Source of the DNA: a virus
Lineage: Duplodnaviria > Caudoviricetes
DNA: 64,000 bases
IMG/VR virus record: IMGVR_UViG_3300009678_000059
Location: 10,165-74,164 of that record
Direction: 5' to 3' (one strand)
A program made the translations under genes and the position numbers. Of this stretch, positions 27,166-36,728 are shown piece after piece (positions within the stretch are counted from its first letter, which is position 1; every line of letters begins with the position of its first letter). The notes under the pieces are model-generated. The model ran no database searches and was not told the DNA's origin. It saw nothing but the letters and a program-made list of their open reading frames with translations.

Positions 27166-27897
27166 ATGATACCAATTAATACCGTGCGAAACGTGGTTTT
27201 GTTCGCGCTAAATAAAAGTTCGAGAGGGTACTTGGGCGTCGAGGAGTTTAATTACTTCGGACAGTTGGCCCAAATGGAAATCTTCGAGAACCTTTTCCAC
27301 GACTACAACAAGCAGATCAACAAGGAGAACAAGAGGTTGACCGGTACGGAATACGCGAATCTGCCTAAGAATTTACGCGAGCAGATAGACGCATTTGCGG
27401 CTTACTCAAACGACACCAACTTTACGTATGACGAGATTACTGATTTGTGGTCTTTCCAGGATACGGATCTGTATCGCGCCGAAGGGTTGTCATTGGTAAA
27501 CACAGATACTGACAAGTATGTGGATGTGGAAGAAGTTTTGAAATCACAGCTAAACATCCTGAAAAACGACATTAATACGGTTCCGAGCTTATTGTTTCCT
27601 GTTCACATCAGACTGGGAGAAGCATTCAAGATTTCTCCAGTAGTTCCTGTAGGGTATAATTTAGAATTGTTCTACATAAGAAAACCAGCAGATCCGAAAT
27701 GGACTTATACGAATGTAGGAGGTAATCCAATGTACAACGCAGGAGCTTCTGACAAGCAGGATTTTGAATTGCATCCGAGTCAGTTGGTTCCTTTGGTAAC
27801 GAAGATTTTGGGCTATGCCGGATTATCTATCAGGGAGCAGGAAGTTGAGCAATTTGCTAATTCAGAAGAAGTGAAAGACTTCCAAACTAAACAATAA
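27166..27897 (+). CDS. head-tail adaptor / tail tubular protein A-like
   Basis: INTVRNVVL.ALNK..RGYL...EFNYF..LAQ.EIF; YIRKP.DPKWTY; DFELHPS..LV.KIL.YAG.SIRE. Confidence 0.75.
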   Translation: MIPINTVRNVVLFALNKSSRGYLGVEEFNYFGQLAQMEIFENLFHDYNKQINKENKRLTGTEYANLPKNLREQIDAFAAYSNDTNFTYDEITDLWSFQDTDLYRAEGLSLVNTDTDKYVDVEEVLKSQLNILKNDINTVPSLLFPVHIRLGEAFKISPVVPVGYNLELFYIRKPADPKWTYTNVGGNPMYNAGASDKQDFELHPSQLVPLVTKILGYAGLSIREQEVEQFANSEEVKDFQTKQ

Positions 27898-27905
27898 AAT
27901 AAGAT

Positions 27906-28784
27906 ATGGCTATTAACGGAAAAACTTCTGAGGAATATTACGATTCCAGAAACAGCGAGAACTACGGCGACTATGCTTTTGTAGGTATCGAGCAATTGGT
28001 AAACAGCTTCATGGGGAGCTATTCAGGCGACGACACATTGCTTGGACACATACCGAGACATAAGGCGGTAAAGAAGATAAAGGAGCAGGTACGGGAGTTG
28101 ACTTTTACCACACTTAATCAGCCTAAGGTTGTCGAGCTTGATTTGGGCGACGCACTGGATATTATCAAGCCGCAGGATTACGTGGATTATATCAGGATTT
28201 CCTATGTGGACAAGACAAACGGGCGCATCATGCCAATGGCGGAAAACAGACATACGCCACTTGGTGTTGCATATCTGCAGGATCAGGACGCGAATCTGCT
28301 GTTTGATGACCAGGGCGATGTTCTTATCGGGACCACGATTCTGGAGCAGGAAAGTGACAAGCAGAACACTTCTATACTTGAAGGTGTAAATGTTAACGGG
28401 AACTGCATTCACGAATATTTCATTGACAGGCCGCTGTACAATATGGACACTACGATGAATGCCAACGGGACTTTTTCTCAAAACGAGAACAGGATTCACT
28501 TTGGCTCTGATGCAGCGACAAAGACAATACTGTTGGAATACATCTCTGACGGACTTAATGTTCCGGAGGCTTCGATTAAGGTTCACAAATTTGCAGAACA
28601 GGCACTTTACGCAAGTGTTCATTACGAACTGGCTAAGGCAAGCATCAAGGTTCCGAACTACGAGAAGGCAAACATCAAAAAGGAAAGAGACGCTTTAGTA
28701 AGAAACGCCAAGGTTCGTTTGTTGGGTATTAAACCACAGGAGTTTATACAGCAGCTGAAGGCTTTTAATAAATGGATACGATAA
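27906..28784 (+). CDS. tail ring/gatekeeper-like structural protein
   Basis: YG.YAF...EQ.VN.FM, P.DYVDYIRIS, LLEYISDGL...IKVHKFAEQALY...AK.RL; located in the tail module. Confidence 0.7.
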   Translation: MAINGKTSEEYYDSRNSENYGDYAFVGIEQLVNSFMGSYSGDDTLLGHIPRHKAVKKIKEQVRELTFTTLNQPKVVELDLGDALDIIKPQDYVDYIRISYVDKTNGRIMPMAENRHTPLGVAYLQDQDANLLFDDQGDVLIGTTILEQESDKQNTSILEGVNVNGNCIHEYFIDRPLYNMDTTMNANGTFSQNENRIHFGSDAATKTILLEYISDGLNVPEASIKVHKFAEQALYASVHYELAKASIKVPNYEKANIKKERDALVRNAKVRLLGIKPQEFIQQLKAFNKWIR

Positions 28785-31700
28785 TGAGGATAGCAAATAA
28801 TTTTACCAAAGGAACGGTCCAAAATGACGTTGATGAGAGGTTCACAGACGGAGCCTTGGTTGGAGAGCCTGTTAATATTGAGATATTTACAGGGGTAGGT
28901 TCTGACGCCGGAGTCTTGAAGAACATTCCGGGAAACATAAAGATGTCTAACTATACCGAGCAGTTTTTTCTTTCTCCGAGCGCTAAGTGTATCGGAGCAG
29001 GAAAGAATGAGAGTGAGGAGAAGCTGTATGTTTTTATCAAGGACACGGCCTTCGATTTTGTTATCGAGTACAATTCGGTCACAAACACTTCGGCAAGAGT
29101 GCTTCAGTCGGCAGCTTCTTCAGGTGTACTGAATTTTAATGCAGATGAGAGAATCACCTGTGTTGACATTTTTATTGACGCAGTGACCAATGACACTATT
29201 ATTGCGTGGAGCGGCGACTCTAATCCTCCTAGGATAGTTAATGTTACCACCGCGAAAACATGGGCTGTTGGCGGTTTTACAAACGACGAAATCTCCGTGA
29301 TGAAGCCATCGCCGATATTCGCACCGGTTACTCACTTGACCACATCTACCGAAAGCATACTTAACAACTTTATTGAGGATAAGTTTCTGAGTTTTGCCTA
29401 CAGGTATAAGTATTCAGACGGATACTATTCGGCTCCGAGTTCATGGAGCGTGGTTGCATTTACGCCAAGCGATTTTAAACTGGATTATCAGACCTATGAC
29501 AACCTTGGAATGGTGAATCTTTCCAATGCTGTTGATGTTAGTTTCAATGTAGGTCCAAGGGACGTTGTTCAGGTTGATTTGTTATTCCGCGAAAGCGATC
29601 ATACGACTGTTTATGTGGTGCAACAATTCGTGAAATCTGATGAAGTATGGGAAGATGAGACGACTCAGACGTTTCAGTTCAGTAAATCGAAGATATATAC
29701 TGTTTTGCCGGAATCTCAGTATTTCAGGAATTTTGACAACGTGCCTTTGAGCGCGAAGGCTCAGACGGTAATAGGCAGCAGGATTGCGTATGCGAATTAC
29801 GTTGAGGGCTATGACATTACTGACAAGATAGACTTTGATGTAGCGGTGACATCTACGGAAGTATTCAGCTTCAATCAGGAAGGGATTGAGAATACCAACA
29901 TCCATATCGGGAATTGGGACCATACTGTTGATTTCGAGGAACTGACTTTTACAGAAAGAGAGTATGTTATGGCTCCTGTGGCCGACCAGATGAATTACAC
30001 GACAAATGAGATTACGATGAGCTATGCCAATCTTAATCCTGCGGCAGTAAATAAATTTGGGCGATTCGCAGCGACTGTTACTCCTGATTCCAGGTACGAC
30101 TCGGTTAACTACAGTATAGAATTCAGAAACGGGGCTACAATACTGCAGACTTCGGGGCCTTTTGCCGGAACTCAGACAGCGAGTTACGACACTCCACTTA
30201 ATGCGCTGTACACGGTAAAGGCTTATGTTATTCCGTCTACGGATGTACTGATATATGACTGCGAGATGAAATACAGCCTTGGCGACCTTGTGTTTTTGGG
30301 TGGCGGAGAATGGTTTATACAGGACTGGTATAAGGCATATTTTCAGGTATCGTGTATAAACACCACTACAGGGCCTCCGAGTTTTATCAATGCGTTTGCT
30401 ATAACCGACAGAATGGGTGTTGATCTTACCGGGTTTGAGTTTGTGACAGGAAAACAATTGCGTGTGAATATGGTATTGCAGTCCAGCTTGGTTAAGGAGC
30501 ATAGGCCGGACGCTACGTTTTACTACAATATCACCGAGGACTATGTGGATTTGGCTGATTTCATGACCAACTCTACGTTTCAGTCTGAATTTGAAGATAC
30601 GTTTACGCAGGTATTCAAAAACAACTACATAAGCAACGAGGGAGTTTTTGTGTCAATGACCGATTTCAGCATTACATATACCGGTGACACACTTAAAGTA
30701 AGCATGCCGGTTGTTGTATATAATGTTACGGAGCCTTCGGGTATTACCGAAAACAAGGATGAGTTTTTCCTTGTGTCCAGAGGGCGTGTTACATCTACCG
30801 ATACAAACGCCTATGCGTCTATGCACTCTAACAGGGATTACGAGACATGTCTGTTTTACATGGACGAGCAGGGAAGGAAGACAACGTCTTTGGTATGCGA
30901 CAACAATACAGTTTACATCCCGGCAGATAAGAGCGACCTGATTAACAGGCTTTCGGTTACTGTAAACAACGATCCTCCGAGTTGGGCCAAGTATTACAAG
31001 TTCGGCATCAAGCAGGTTAAGAAGCAGTACGAGACGATTTACGGGAATGTTGTTTATGAGGACGGAGTGTTCAGATGGATAAAACTTGAAGGCGAGAACA
31101 AGAACAAGGTTCAGGAAGGCGATCAGCTTATCGTTAAGACAGACATGTCCGGACCGTTGGACCAACTTGTGAAGGTGAAAGTTCTTGAAATAAAGGAACA
31201 GGCTGCAAACTTCATAACTGGGAACCTTAACGACCTTGGTGACGATATAAGCGAGCCGGCAGGACTGTACTTCAAGATTAAGCAGGGGACGTTTGATGCG
31301 AATGTCACACAGGAGTCATTCATGCAGTTTACCGAGACTGTGAAGCGAAGATATGCTTCGACTACATTTGTTACCACTGACCCTATATTCGGAATCATGG
31401 ATCCGGCGTTTGTACCTTATGCTGTTGCTGCGGGAACGACAATCAGATTCTTTCTGAACATGAAGGCTTACGGCTCGATTGCTTTTGACCATAAATTTGA
31501 AATCACGAAAGAGGCTGAGATAGATTACCTATCTGTTGAAGACTGGTTTAATGCGGAGATAGCAGCCAATGCGGATTACCTTGAATTCGTAGACGAAAAC
31601 TTCACGACTGCAGGATTTACTATTGACGGAGACAGGTTTCAGGTAAAACCAAACAGGGACGGAACGGCATCGAGGGACATTATCACCGAGGTTACATTTG

Positions 31701-33202
31701 ACATAAACTTCTCTCGTGGAACACTGATTTTTGAGACAGAACCAATAGAGCAGCTTAATGCCAATTTCTTTGAGACACCGAATGTTTACACTATCACTGC
31801 CGGAGCTCATGAATTTGTGGAACACAGCCTTACCGACACGTTTAACTGTTTTGCTTTTGGCAACGGGGTTGAGAGTTATAAGATAAAAGACGAGCTAAAT
31901 ACAAAGAGTTTTTCCATAGACTCGAACCCGTCTAACGTCAATACTGACGGCTATAAAAGGATTGTGAGATCTGCCGACATCACATATTCTGAGGTTTACA
32001 ACTCTAATTCCAACGTAAACAGGCTTAACGAATTCAATTTGTCACTTGCTAATTACAAGGACGATGTGGACAAGACTTTTGGCCCGATTTACAGACTGAA
32101 GGGCGAGAACACCAACCTTGAAGTTTACCAGGAAGACAAGGACTCCATCGTGTACTACGGGAAAGATTTGCTTTACAATGCCGACGGAACCACGAACTTA
32201 ACAGGAGTGCCGCAGGTATTGGGGACACAGAAGGCATACGAAGGAGAGTGGGGGATTTCCCAGCATCCTGACAGTTTTGACTTTTACGGTTATGACTCAT
32301 ACCACACGGACGTTAAGAGAGGATCTGTAATCAAGAAGTCGAACAACGGGCTGTTTGATATTTCGACTCAGGGAATGAAGACATACTTCAGAAGACTGTT
32401 TAAGGAAAACACAATTCAGCATATCAACGGGAAGTACGACCAGCTGAACAAGGTGTATATCCTGAACATCAAGTACAATGACGGCAACGAAGACCTATAC
32501 AGAACATGGGTTTATTCTGACGAGAACAACGGATGGTTGACTACTCAAACTTTCAATCCGGAAGACATGATACGTGTGAACGGGAACTTTTACTCATTTG
32601 AAAAAGGAGAGGTTTACAAGCACAACAACACTACTGACTTCAATACTTTTTACGGTATTTTTGCATACAGTGTAGCGTCGTTCAATATGAGTCATGAGCC
32701 AAGCAGTAGAAAGGTTTTTAAGACCATAGAGGTACAAGGAAACACAGCTCCGACTGTTGTATTAAGGACAGACATGGATTCAGGAAACGTGCAGCCGGAT
32801 TACTTTGAGAAAAAGGAAAACGTGTACCATTCGTACATCAGGATGAACAACGAGACTATGGATACCTCGCTTTTGAGCTATCAGGGAATCGGGACAGCTA
32901 CTGTGAATAGCTTTGACCTGGAATTTTCCTTCGACCTGGACAGCAATATATCTGTGGGCGACAAAATCCGTAATGTAGCCATGGAACTTGTAGGTGTGAT
33001 AACTTCTAAAACAAGGAATTCACTTACCTTAACCGCCATGGACAATATAATTTCGGGTGATTATGTGGTTTGCTGTAAGCCGGAATCTGCAGAACAGCAG
33101 GGTCTTTTGGGTTACACAATGAATGTAACAGCTACCTTTGGCGACACTGTACAGCAGGAGATATTCGAGATAGCCTCGGAAGTAAACAAATCATATTTGT
33201 AG
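28784..33202 (+). CDS. large tail nozzle/stabilisation protein (tubular protein B-like)
   Basis: About 1470 aa; F.KG...DVDER N-terminus, FSFAYRYKYSDG.YSAPS.WS, FDNVPL.AKAQ.VIG.R..YANY.EGY, GEWGISQHP.SF. Confidence 0.8.
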   Translation: MRIANNFTKGTVQNDVDERFTDGALVGEPVNIEIFTGVGSDAGVLKNIPGNIKMSNYTEQFFLSPSAKCIGAGKNESEEKLYVFIKDTAFDFVIEYNSVTNTSARVLQSAASSGVLNFNADERITCVDIFIDAVTNDTIIAWSGDSNPPRIVNVTTAKTWAVGGFTNDEISVMKPSPIFAPVTHLTTSTESILNNFIEDKFLSFAYRYKYSDGYYSAPSSWSVVAFTPSDFKLDYQTYDNLGMVNLSNAVDVSFNVGPRDVVQVDLLFRESDHTTVYVVQQFVKSDEVWEDETTQTFQFSKSKIYTVLPESQYFRNFDNVPLSAKAQTVIGSRIAYANYVEGYDITDKIDFDVAVTSTEVFSFNQEGIENTNIHIGNWDHTVDFEELTFTEREYVMAPVADQMNYTTNEITMSYANLNPAAVNKFGRFAATVTPDSRYDSVNYSIEFRNGATILQTSGPFAGTQTASYDTPLNALYTVKAYVIPSTDVLIYDCEMKYSLGDLVFLGGGEWFIQDWYKAYFQVSCINTTTGPPSFINAFAITDRMGVDLTGFEFVTGKQLRVNMVLQSSLVKEHRPDATFYYNITEDYVDLADFMTNSTFQSEFEDTFTQVFKNNYISNEGVFVSMTDFSITYTGDTLKVSMPVVVYNVTEPSGITENKDEFFLVSRGRVTSTDTNAYASMHSNRDYETCLFYMDEQGRKTTSLVCDNNTVYIPADKSDLINRLSVTVNNDPPSWAKYYKFGIKQVKKQYETIYGNVVYEDGVFRWIKLEGENKNKVQEGDQLIVKTDMSGPLDQLVKVKVLEIKEQAANFITGNLNDLGDDISEPAGLYFKIKQGTFDANVTQESFMQFTETVKRRYASTTFVTTDPIFGIMDPAFVPYAVAAGTTIRFFLNMKAYGSIAFDHKFEITKEAEIDYLSVEDWFNAEIAANADYLEFVDENFTTAGFTIDGDRFQVKPNRDGTASRDIITEVTFDINFSRGTLIFETEPIEQLNANFFETPNVYTITAGAHEFVEHSLTDTFNCFAFGNGVESYKIKDELNTKSFSIDSNPSNVNTDGYKRIVRSADITYSEVYNSNSNVNRLNEFNLSLANYKDDVDKTFGPIYRLKGENTNLEVYQEDKDSIVYYGKDLLYNADGTTNLTGVPQVLGTQKAYEGEWGISQHPDSFDFYGYDSYHTDVKRGSVIKKSNNGLFDISTQGMKTYFRRLFKENTIQHINGKYDQLNKVYILNIKYNDGNEDLYRTWVYSDENNGWLTTQTFNPEDMIRVNGNFYSFEKGEVYKHNNTTDFNTFYGIFAYSVASFNMSHEPSSRKVFKTIEVQGNTAPTVVLRTDMDSGNVQPDYFEKKENVYHSYIRMNNETMDTSLLSYQGIGTATVNSFDLEFSFDLDSNISVGDKIRNVAMELVGVITSKTRNSLTLTAMDNIISGDYVVCCKPESAEQQGLLGYTMNVTATFGDTVQQEIFEIASEVNKSYL

Positions 33203-33207
33203 AATTG

Positions 33208-33240
33208 AAAAACCCCGTCATAATTGGCGGGGTTTCTTTT
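33208..33240. terminator. bidirectional intrinsic terminator
   Basis: AAACCCCGTCA-TAAT-TGGCGGGGTTTCTTTT. Confidence 0.85.
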
Positions 33241-33639
33241 TTATAATCTTTTGAAATATTGGCCGAAGCCCTTGTCTCCCTCGGAAAATCCTGATTTCAG
33301 TAGTTTGTTGGCTATTATCGCACTTGAAGTAGGCACGAATAGCATTTTGAAATATCTTCCCTTCGCATAATCACATAATCCAACAATCAGTGCATCTAAA
33401 CCACCTTTCCTGTCTTTTACATCAGGATTTGACATGAAGTATGTTGGTATTGCAGTTGCCGAATTTGTTTCCCAAACCCAAACCAAGTATACCGGAACTT
33501 CGTTTTTATAAGTTACCAAGCATTTGTCTGGCAACAAGGTGAAATCAATCATATCGAATTTATGCTGTCCGCTCCAAAAGTAAAACGTGTTTACAAAGTC
33601 AATCTTTTTTCTAACTTTTGTTTCGAATTTATCAATCAT
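33241..33639 (-). CDS. GNAT-fold acetyltransferase-like protein (T7 gp13-type neighbour of ejection genes)
   Basis: LP...LVTYKNEVPVYLVWVWETNS..A...FMSNP..KDR..GLD.LI..L...AK...F......S...KL.K.GF. Confidence 0.55.
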   Translation of the reverse strand: MIDKFETKVRKKIDFVNTFYFWSGQHKFDMIDFTLLPDKCLVTYKNEVPVYLVWVWETNSATAIPTYFMSNPDVKDRKGGLDALIVGLCDYAKGRYFKMLFVPTSSAIIANKLLKSGFSEGDKGFGQYFKRL

Positions 33640-33642
33640 AGA

Positions 33643-34290
33643 TTATTTTTCTTTTAATATGGTTTTCACTAATTCTCGAAATGATTTTCTGCAACCATTG
33701 AATAGATGAATGTTGGCTAAAGCTATTTGATACATTGAATTAGCCAAATCTTCATTTGTAGTCCTTATTAATCTCAACTTAACACCATTACGCTGAATGT
33801 TAGACGCCCATTTTTTTTCTTCTCTATCCCAGCTAACACCGGTATATCGTGATGTTTTGTTTTTTATGTCCTTGGACGTGTTTTTTCTATGCGTTATTGA
33901 TTGTAGATTAACTGCTCTATTGTCTAATTTGATATTGTTTTTATGATCTACAACTTCCTCCCTACCACTTACTACGTGTCCATTAAAAACTGCTGCGACT
34001 AATTGATGTGTGAAATGAGTTGTTTTAACATCTTCGTTAGAGGTTCGGAAACATAGGTATTCATTTTTGCTGTAGTTTTGTTTTAGGATTTTACCTTCAT
34101 AAAAAGCGTGTCCTCCCCATCTTTTGTGGCGAACCATTCTGTCTAATGATTTAGCCCTGCCTAGGTCGCTTACTTTATACAGTCCGATATGATTAGGAAT
34201 ATCTCTCCATAATTCAATCTTCCAAAGCATATCTATTTCGCAGAAATAAGTAATGTCGGATAAATCTAAGTTTTCGTAATAATATGTCAT
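33643..34290 (-). CDS. NUMOD4-HNH homing endonuclease with AP2-like C-terminus
   Basis: ELWRDIPNHIGLYKVSDLGRAKS; THQLVAAVF...VVDHKNNIKLDNRAVNLQ; SRYTGVSWDREEKKW. Confidence 0.92.
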   Translation of the reverse strand: MTYYYENLDLSDITYFCEIDMLWKIELWRDIPNHIGLYKVSDLGRAKSLDRMVRHKRWGGHAFYEGKILKQNYSKNEYLCFRTSNEDVKTTHFTHQLVAAVFNGHVVSGREEVVDHKNNIKLDNRAVNLQSITHRKNTSKDIKNKTSRYTGVSWDREEKKWASNIQRNGVKLRLIRTTNEDLANSMYQIALANIHLFNGCRKSFRELVKTILKEK

Positions 34291-34303
34291 AAAAAAATAA
34301 AAA

Positions 34304-34377
34304 CCCGCACGTCAAGAAGTGGAAGGTTCTATCGATGCGGGAATTCAATAATGTTTTCAATCAGGCTTCCACTCCTG
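34304..34377 (-). ncRNA. kissing-loop 5' leader, copy B
   Basis: Sense: CAGG[AGUGGAAG]CCUG ... CCCGCAUC-GAU-AGAA[CCUUCCAC]UUCU-UGA-CGUGCGGG-UUUUU. Loops pair GUGGAAG/CUUCCAC. Confidence 0.78.
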
Positions 34378-34382
34378 TATTG

Positions 34383-34390
34383 CAAATATA
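34383..34390 (-). promoter_or_regulatory. -7 box (TATATTTG) for leader B/HNH
   Basis: TAnnTTTG 5 nt upstream of P1. Confidence 0.75.
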
Positions 34391-34415
34391 AGGAATTAAG
34401 CTGTGAAAAAATATC

Positions 34416-34423
34416 TATCTTTG
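34416..34423 (+). promoter_or_regulatory. -7 box (TATCTTTG) for ejection genes
   Basis: TAnnTTTG 39 nt before ATG 34463. Confidence 0.65.
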
Positions 34424-34462
34424 TCTTAATAACAAGAGTTTAACTAAAACAACAATATAACA

Positions 34463-35128
34463 ATGGGTGTAGCAGCAGGAACACAGATGGCCTCGGGAAC
34501 ACTTGGAACAGCAACCGGTATTTACAACCTTATCAGAGGAGCTAAAGAACAGGCTGCCGCCAAACGAGCCATGAATGAATACGAGCGTCAAAAATTAACC
34601 AATGTAGCTGATGGATTACAGGTTTCGACACTTGGTTCTGATTTACAAAGAGAAGAACAAATGAGATTGGCAGCGTCTCAGAATCAGATGTTGGCCGATT
34701 CCGGAACAAGAGGGATCGTTGGCGGCATCGGAAAAGTAGAGGCTGGAAACCAAAAAGTGATGCAGCAGACAGCTGCCGACCTGGACGAGCAGCAGAGAAA
34801 AATCGAGATGATGCAGGCCGAAGACAATGCGAGAATAAGAACAATGCAGGAAGCCCGTGAAAACGCGGATTTAGCAGCCTTAAGTTCTCAGTTTCAGTCC
34901 GGAAAAATGGACGCTAATCTTGGAATGGGGAATATTATACAGGGAGTAGGGCAGCTTGGACACGGTTATGCTATGACAAGCGACAGTTCGCTTAAGCCAC
35001 AGGCGAGTAACTACAACACAGGTTATCCAAGTGGGCCGCCACAAGCCCCTCCAGGAATGTATCTGTCTACATACGGAACGACAACACCTTATAATTATCC
35101 GGCAACAACTCAACCTGGAAAACAATAA
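34463..35128 (+). CDS. internal virion (ejection) protein, gp14-like
   Basis: G/A/Q-rich helical protein with hydrophobic ends, first of three increasingly large ORFs after the tail genes. Confidence 0.7.
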   Translation: MGVAAGTQMASGTLGTATGIYNLIRGAKEQAAAKRAMNEYERQKLTNVADGLQVSTLGSDLQREEQMRLAASQNQMLADSGTRGIVGGIGKVEAGNQKVMQQTAADLDEQQRKIEMMQAEDNARIRTMQEARENADLAALSSQFQSGKMDANLGMGNIIQGVGQLGHGYAMTSDSSLKPQASNYNTGYPSGPPQAPPGMYLSTYGTTTPYNYPATTQPGKQ

Positions 35129-35133
35129 AACAG

Positions 35134-36723
35134 ATGAAATTAGGAAATACAGGAGCATATATAACCGACGCACCAATACAGAGGAATGATGTTGGAATTG
35201 CGATGACTCAGGCTGAGGACGCCGGCTTTAAGCACAGAGCCGAGGAATTCGTGAGATTCAAAGCAAAGAAAGAGCAGGACGACAAATACGACGAAGCGGC
35301 TTTTAAAGACATGCCGAAGGCTGAGTATACCAGAGACGCAGATAAGAATAAGTTTCTTAGTGACGGGTTTACTGACGCTACAAAAGTGGTGTATGATGCG
35401 TACAGCAAATTTAAATCAGGTCAGCTTTCATGGCCGGAATTCAACAGAACAAAGCAAAATACACTAAACGCACTTAACCACCTTAATGAAGGCGCTAAGA
35501 AAACAGAAGCGTATTATACTGGTGCTGCAAAAGATATTGCTGACGGTAAAGTACATCCTTTGTTTCAAGACCAAATCATGAAGACGGGGGAGGCCATGGA
35601 TAATATCAGACTTAAATTCAATCCTGACGGGACCGCACATGGTTACGCTATGTCGCCTGACGGAAAAGAAGTAGTGTATGACTCTCCTTTGAATGCTTGG
35701 GGAACTAACTTTCAGCAATACAATCACTTAGTTGACTTGAATACCCTGGATAAAAACTTCGTAACGGCTAATCCAATGCCTGTTACTGAGAGATTTAACG
35801 GGTACATGAAGACAGGGACTACTAATATTTCTGAGCAAATCAAAAACAACATAAAATCTGAAGTACAGTCAAGAATGGGGAATCCTGATATTGTTGCTCA
35901 GGTAGCTTCTGAAATGTATAAAAAGCCGATTACCAGAGTAACTGACGCTGCTGAATTACAGAAAGTGGCTCAGAAGATGGAAGATGATTTGCTTAATTCT
36001 TACTCAAAATCAACTAAAAAAGACTTTGATTCAGGTCAGGCTGGTTATTACCAGGGAGTAAAAGAATTTAATATCGGTAGAAAAGACAAGGAGGAAGAAA
36101 AACTTAAAAACGCTCCTGTTGACGTGAAACTTGACGACACCACGTTTACTGAGGACATTATGCATATTAAGGACGAGAAAGGAAATGTAAAAAAGGTTAA
36201 AGTAACCAAGGATGGTGTTTATCAGAACGGTCTTAACTACGTCAAACCTATTGCTATCGTTAATTCAGGAGGTACTAAATCAGGAATGGATAATATGTCT
36301 GTAAACAGTGCCTTTATCAATAAAGACGGAAGGGTGGTTGTTACCGGAAGTGTCATTGATAAAAAAGGAGAGACTATTAAAAACGATGACGGAACCATTA
36401 CTTACGCAGGGACAGGCAAGGCATTTACAAGGTTAGCGAGTGAGGAAACACTTGCGGCTATGGCTAAGGCAGGAAACTTTTTTAACAAGAAAGGAAAACC
36501 TGATACAGAGGCATTCAAGAATCACCTGAAAGAGAAAAACAGGGAGGAATGGGACAACGACCACCGAAATGCCACTCGTGAGGAATACGACAAAGCAAGA
36601 GGTGATGGAAAGAAAAGTAAACCAGCATCAAACATTGATGAGAAAAAAATACAATATTTGATGAAACAAAACAAAGGAGCAACAAGACAGCAGATTATTG
36701 ACGCTTTAACTAATCAACAATAG
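35134..36723 (+). CDS. internal virion (ejection) protein, gp15-like
   Basis: 529 aa, charged and helical; position in the module. Confidence 0.6.
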   Translation: MKLGNTGAYITDAPIQRNDVGIAMTQAEDAGFKHRAEEFVRFKAKKEQDDKYDEAAFKDMPKAEYTRDADKNKFLSDGFTDATKVVYDAYSKFKSGQLSWPEFNRTKQNTLNALNHLNEGAKKTEAYYTGAAKDIADGKVHPLFQDQIMKTGEAMDNIRLKFNPDGTAHGYAMSPDGKEVVYDSPLNAWGTNFQQYNHLVDLNTLDKNFVTANPMPVTERFNGYMKTGTTNISEQIKNNIKSEVQSRMGNPDIVAQVASEMYKKPITRVTDAAELQKVAQKMEDDLLNSYSKSTKKDFDSGQAGYYQGVKEFNIGRKDKEEEKLKNAPVDVKLDDTTFTEDIMHIKDEKGNVKKVKVTKDGVYQNGLNYVKPIAIVNSGGTKSGMDNMSVNSAFINKDGRVVVTGSVIDKKGETIKNDDGTITYAGTGKAFTRLASEETLAAMAKAGNFFNKKGKPDTEAFKNHLKEKNREEWDNDHRNATREEYDKARGDGKKSKPASNIDEKKIQYLMKQNKGATRQQIIDALTNQQ

Positions 36724-36728
36724 AAAGT

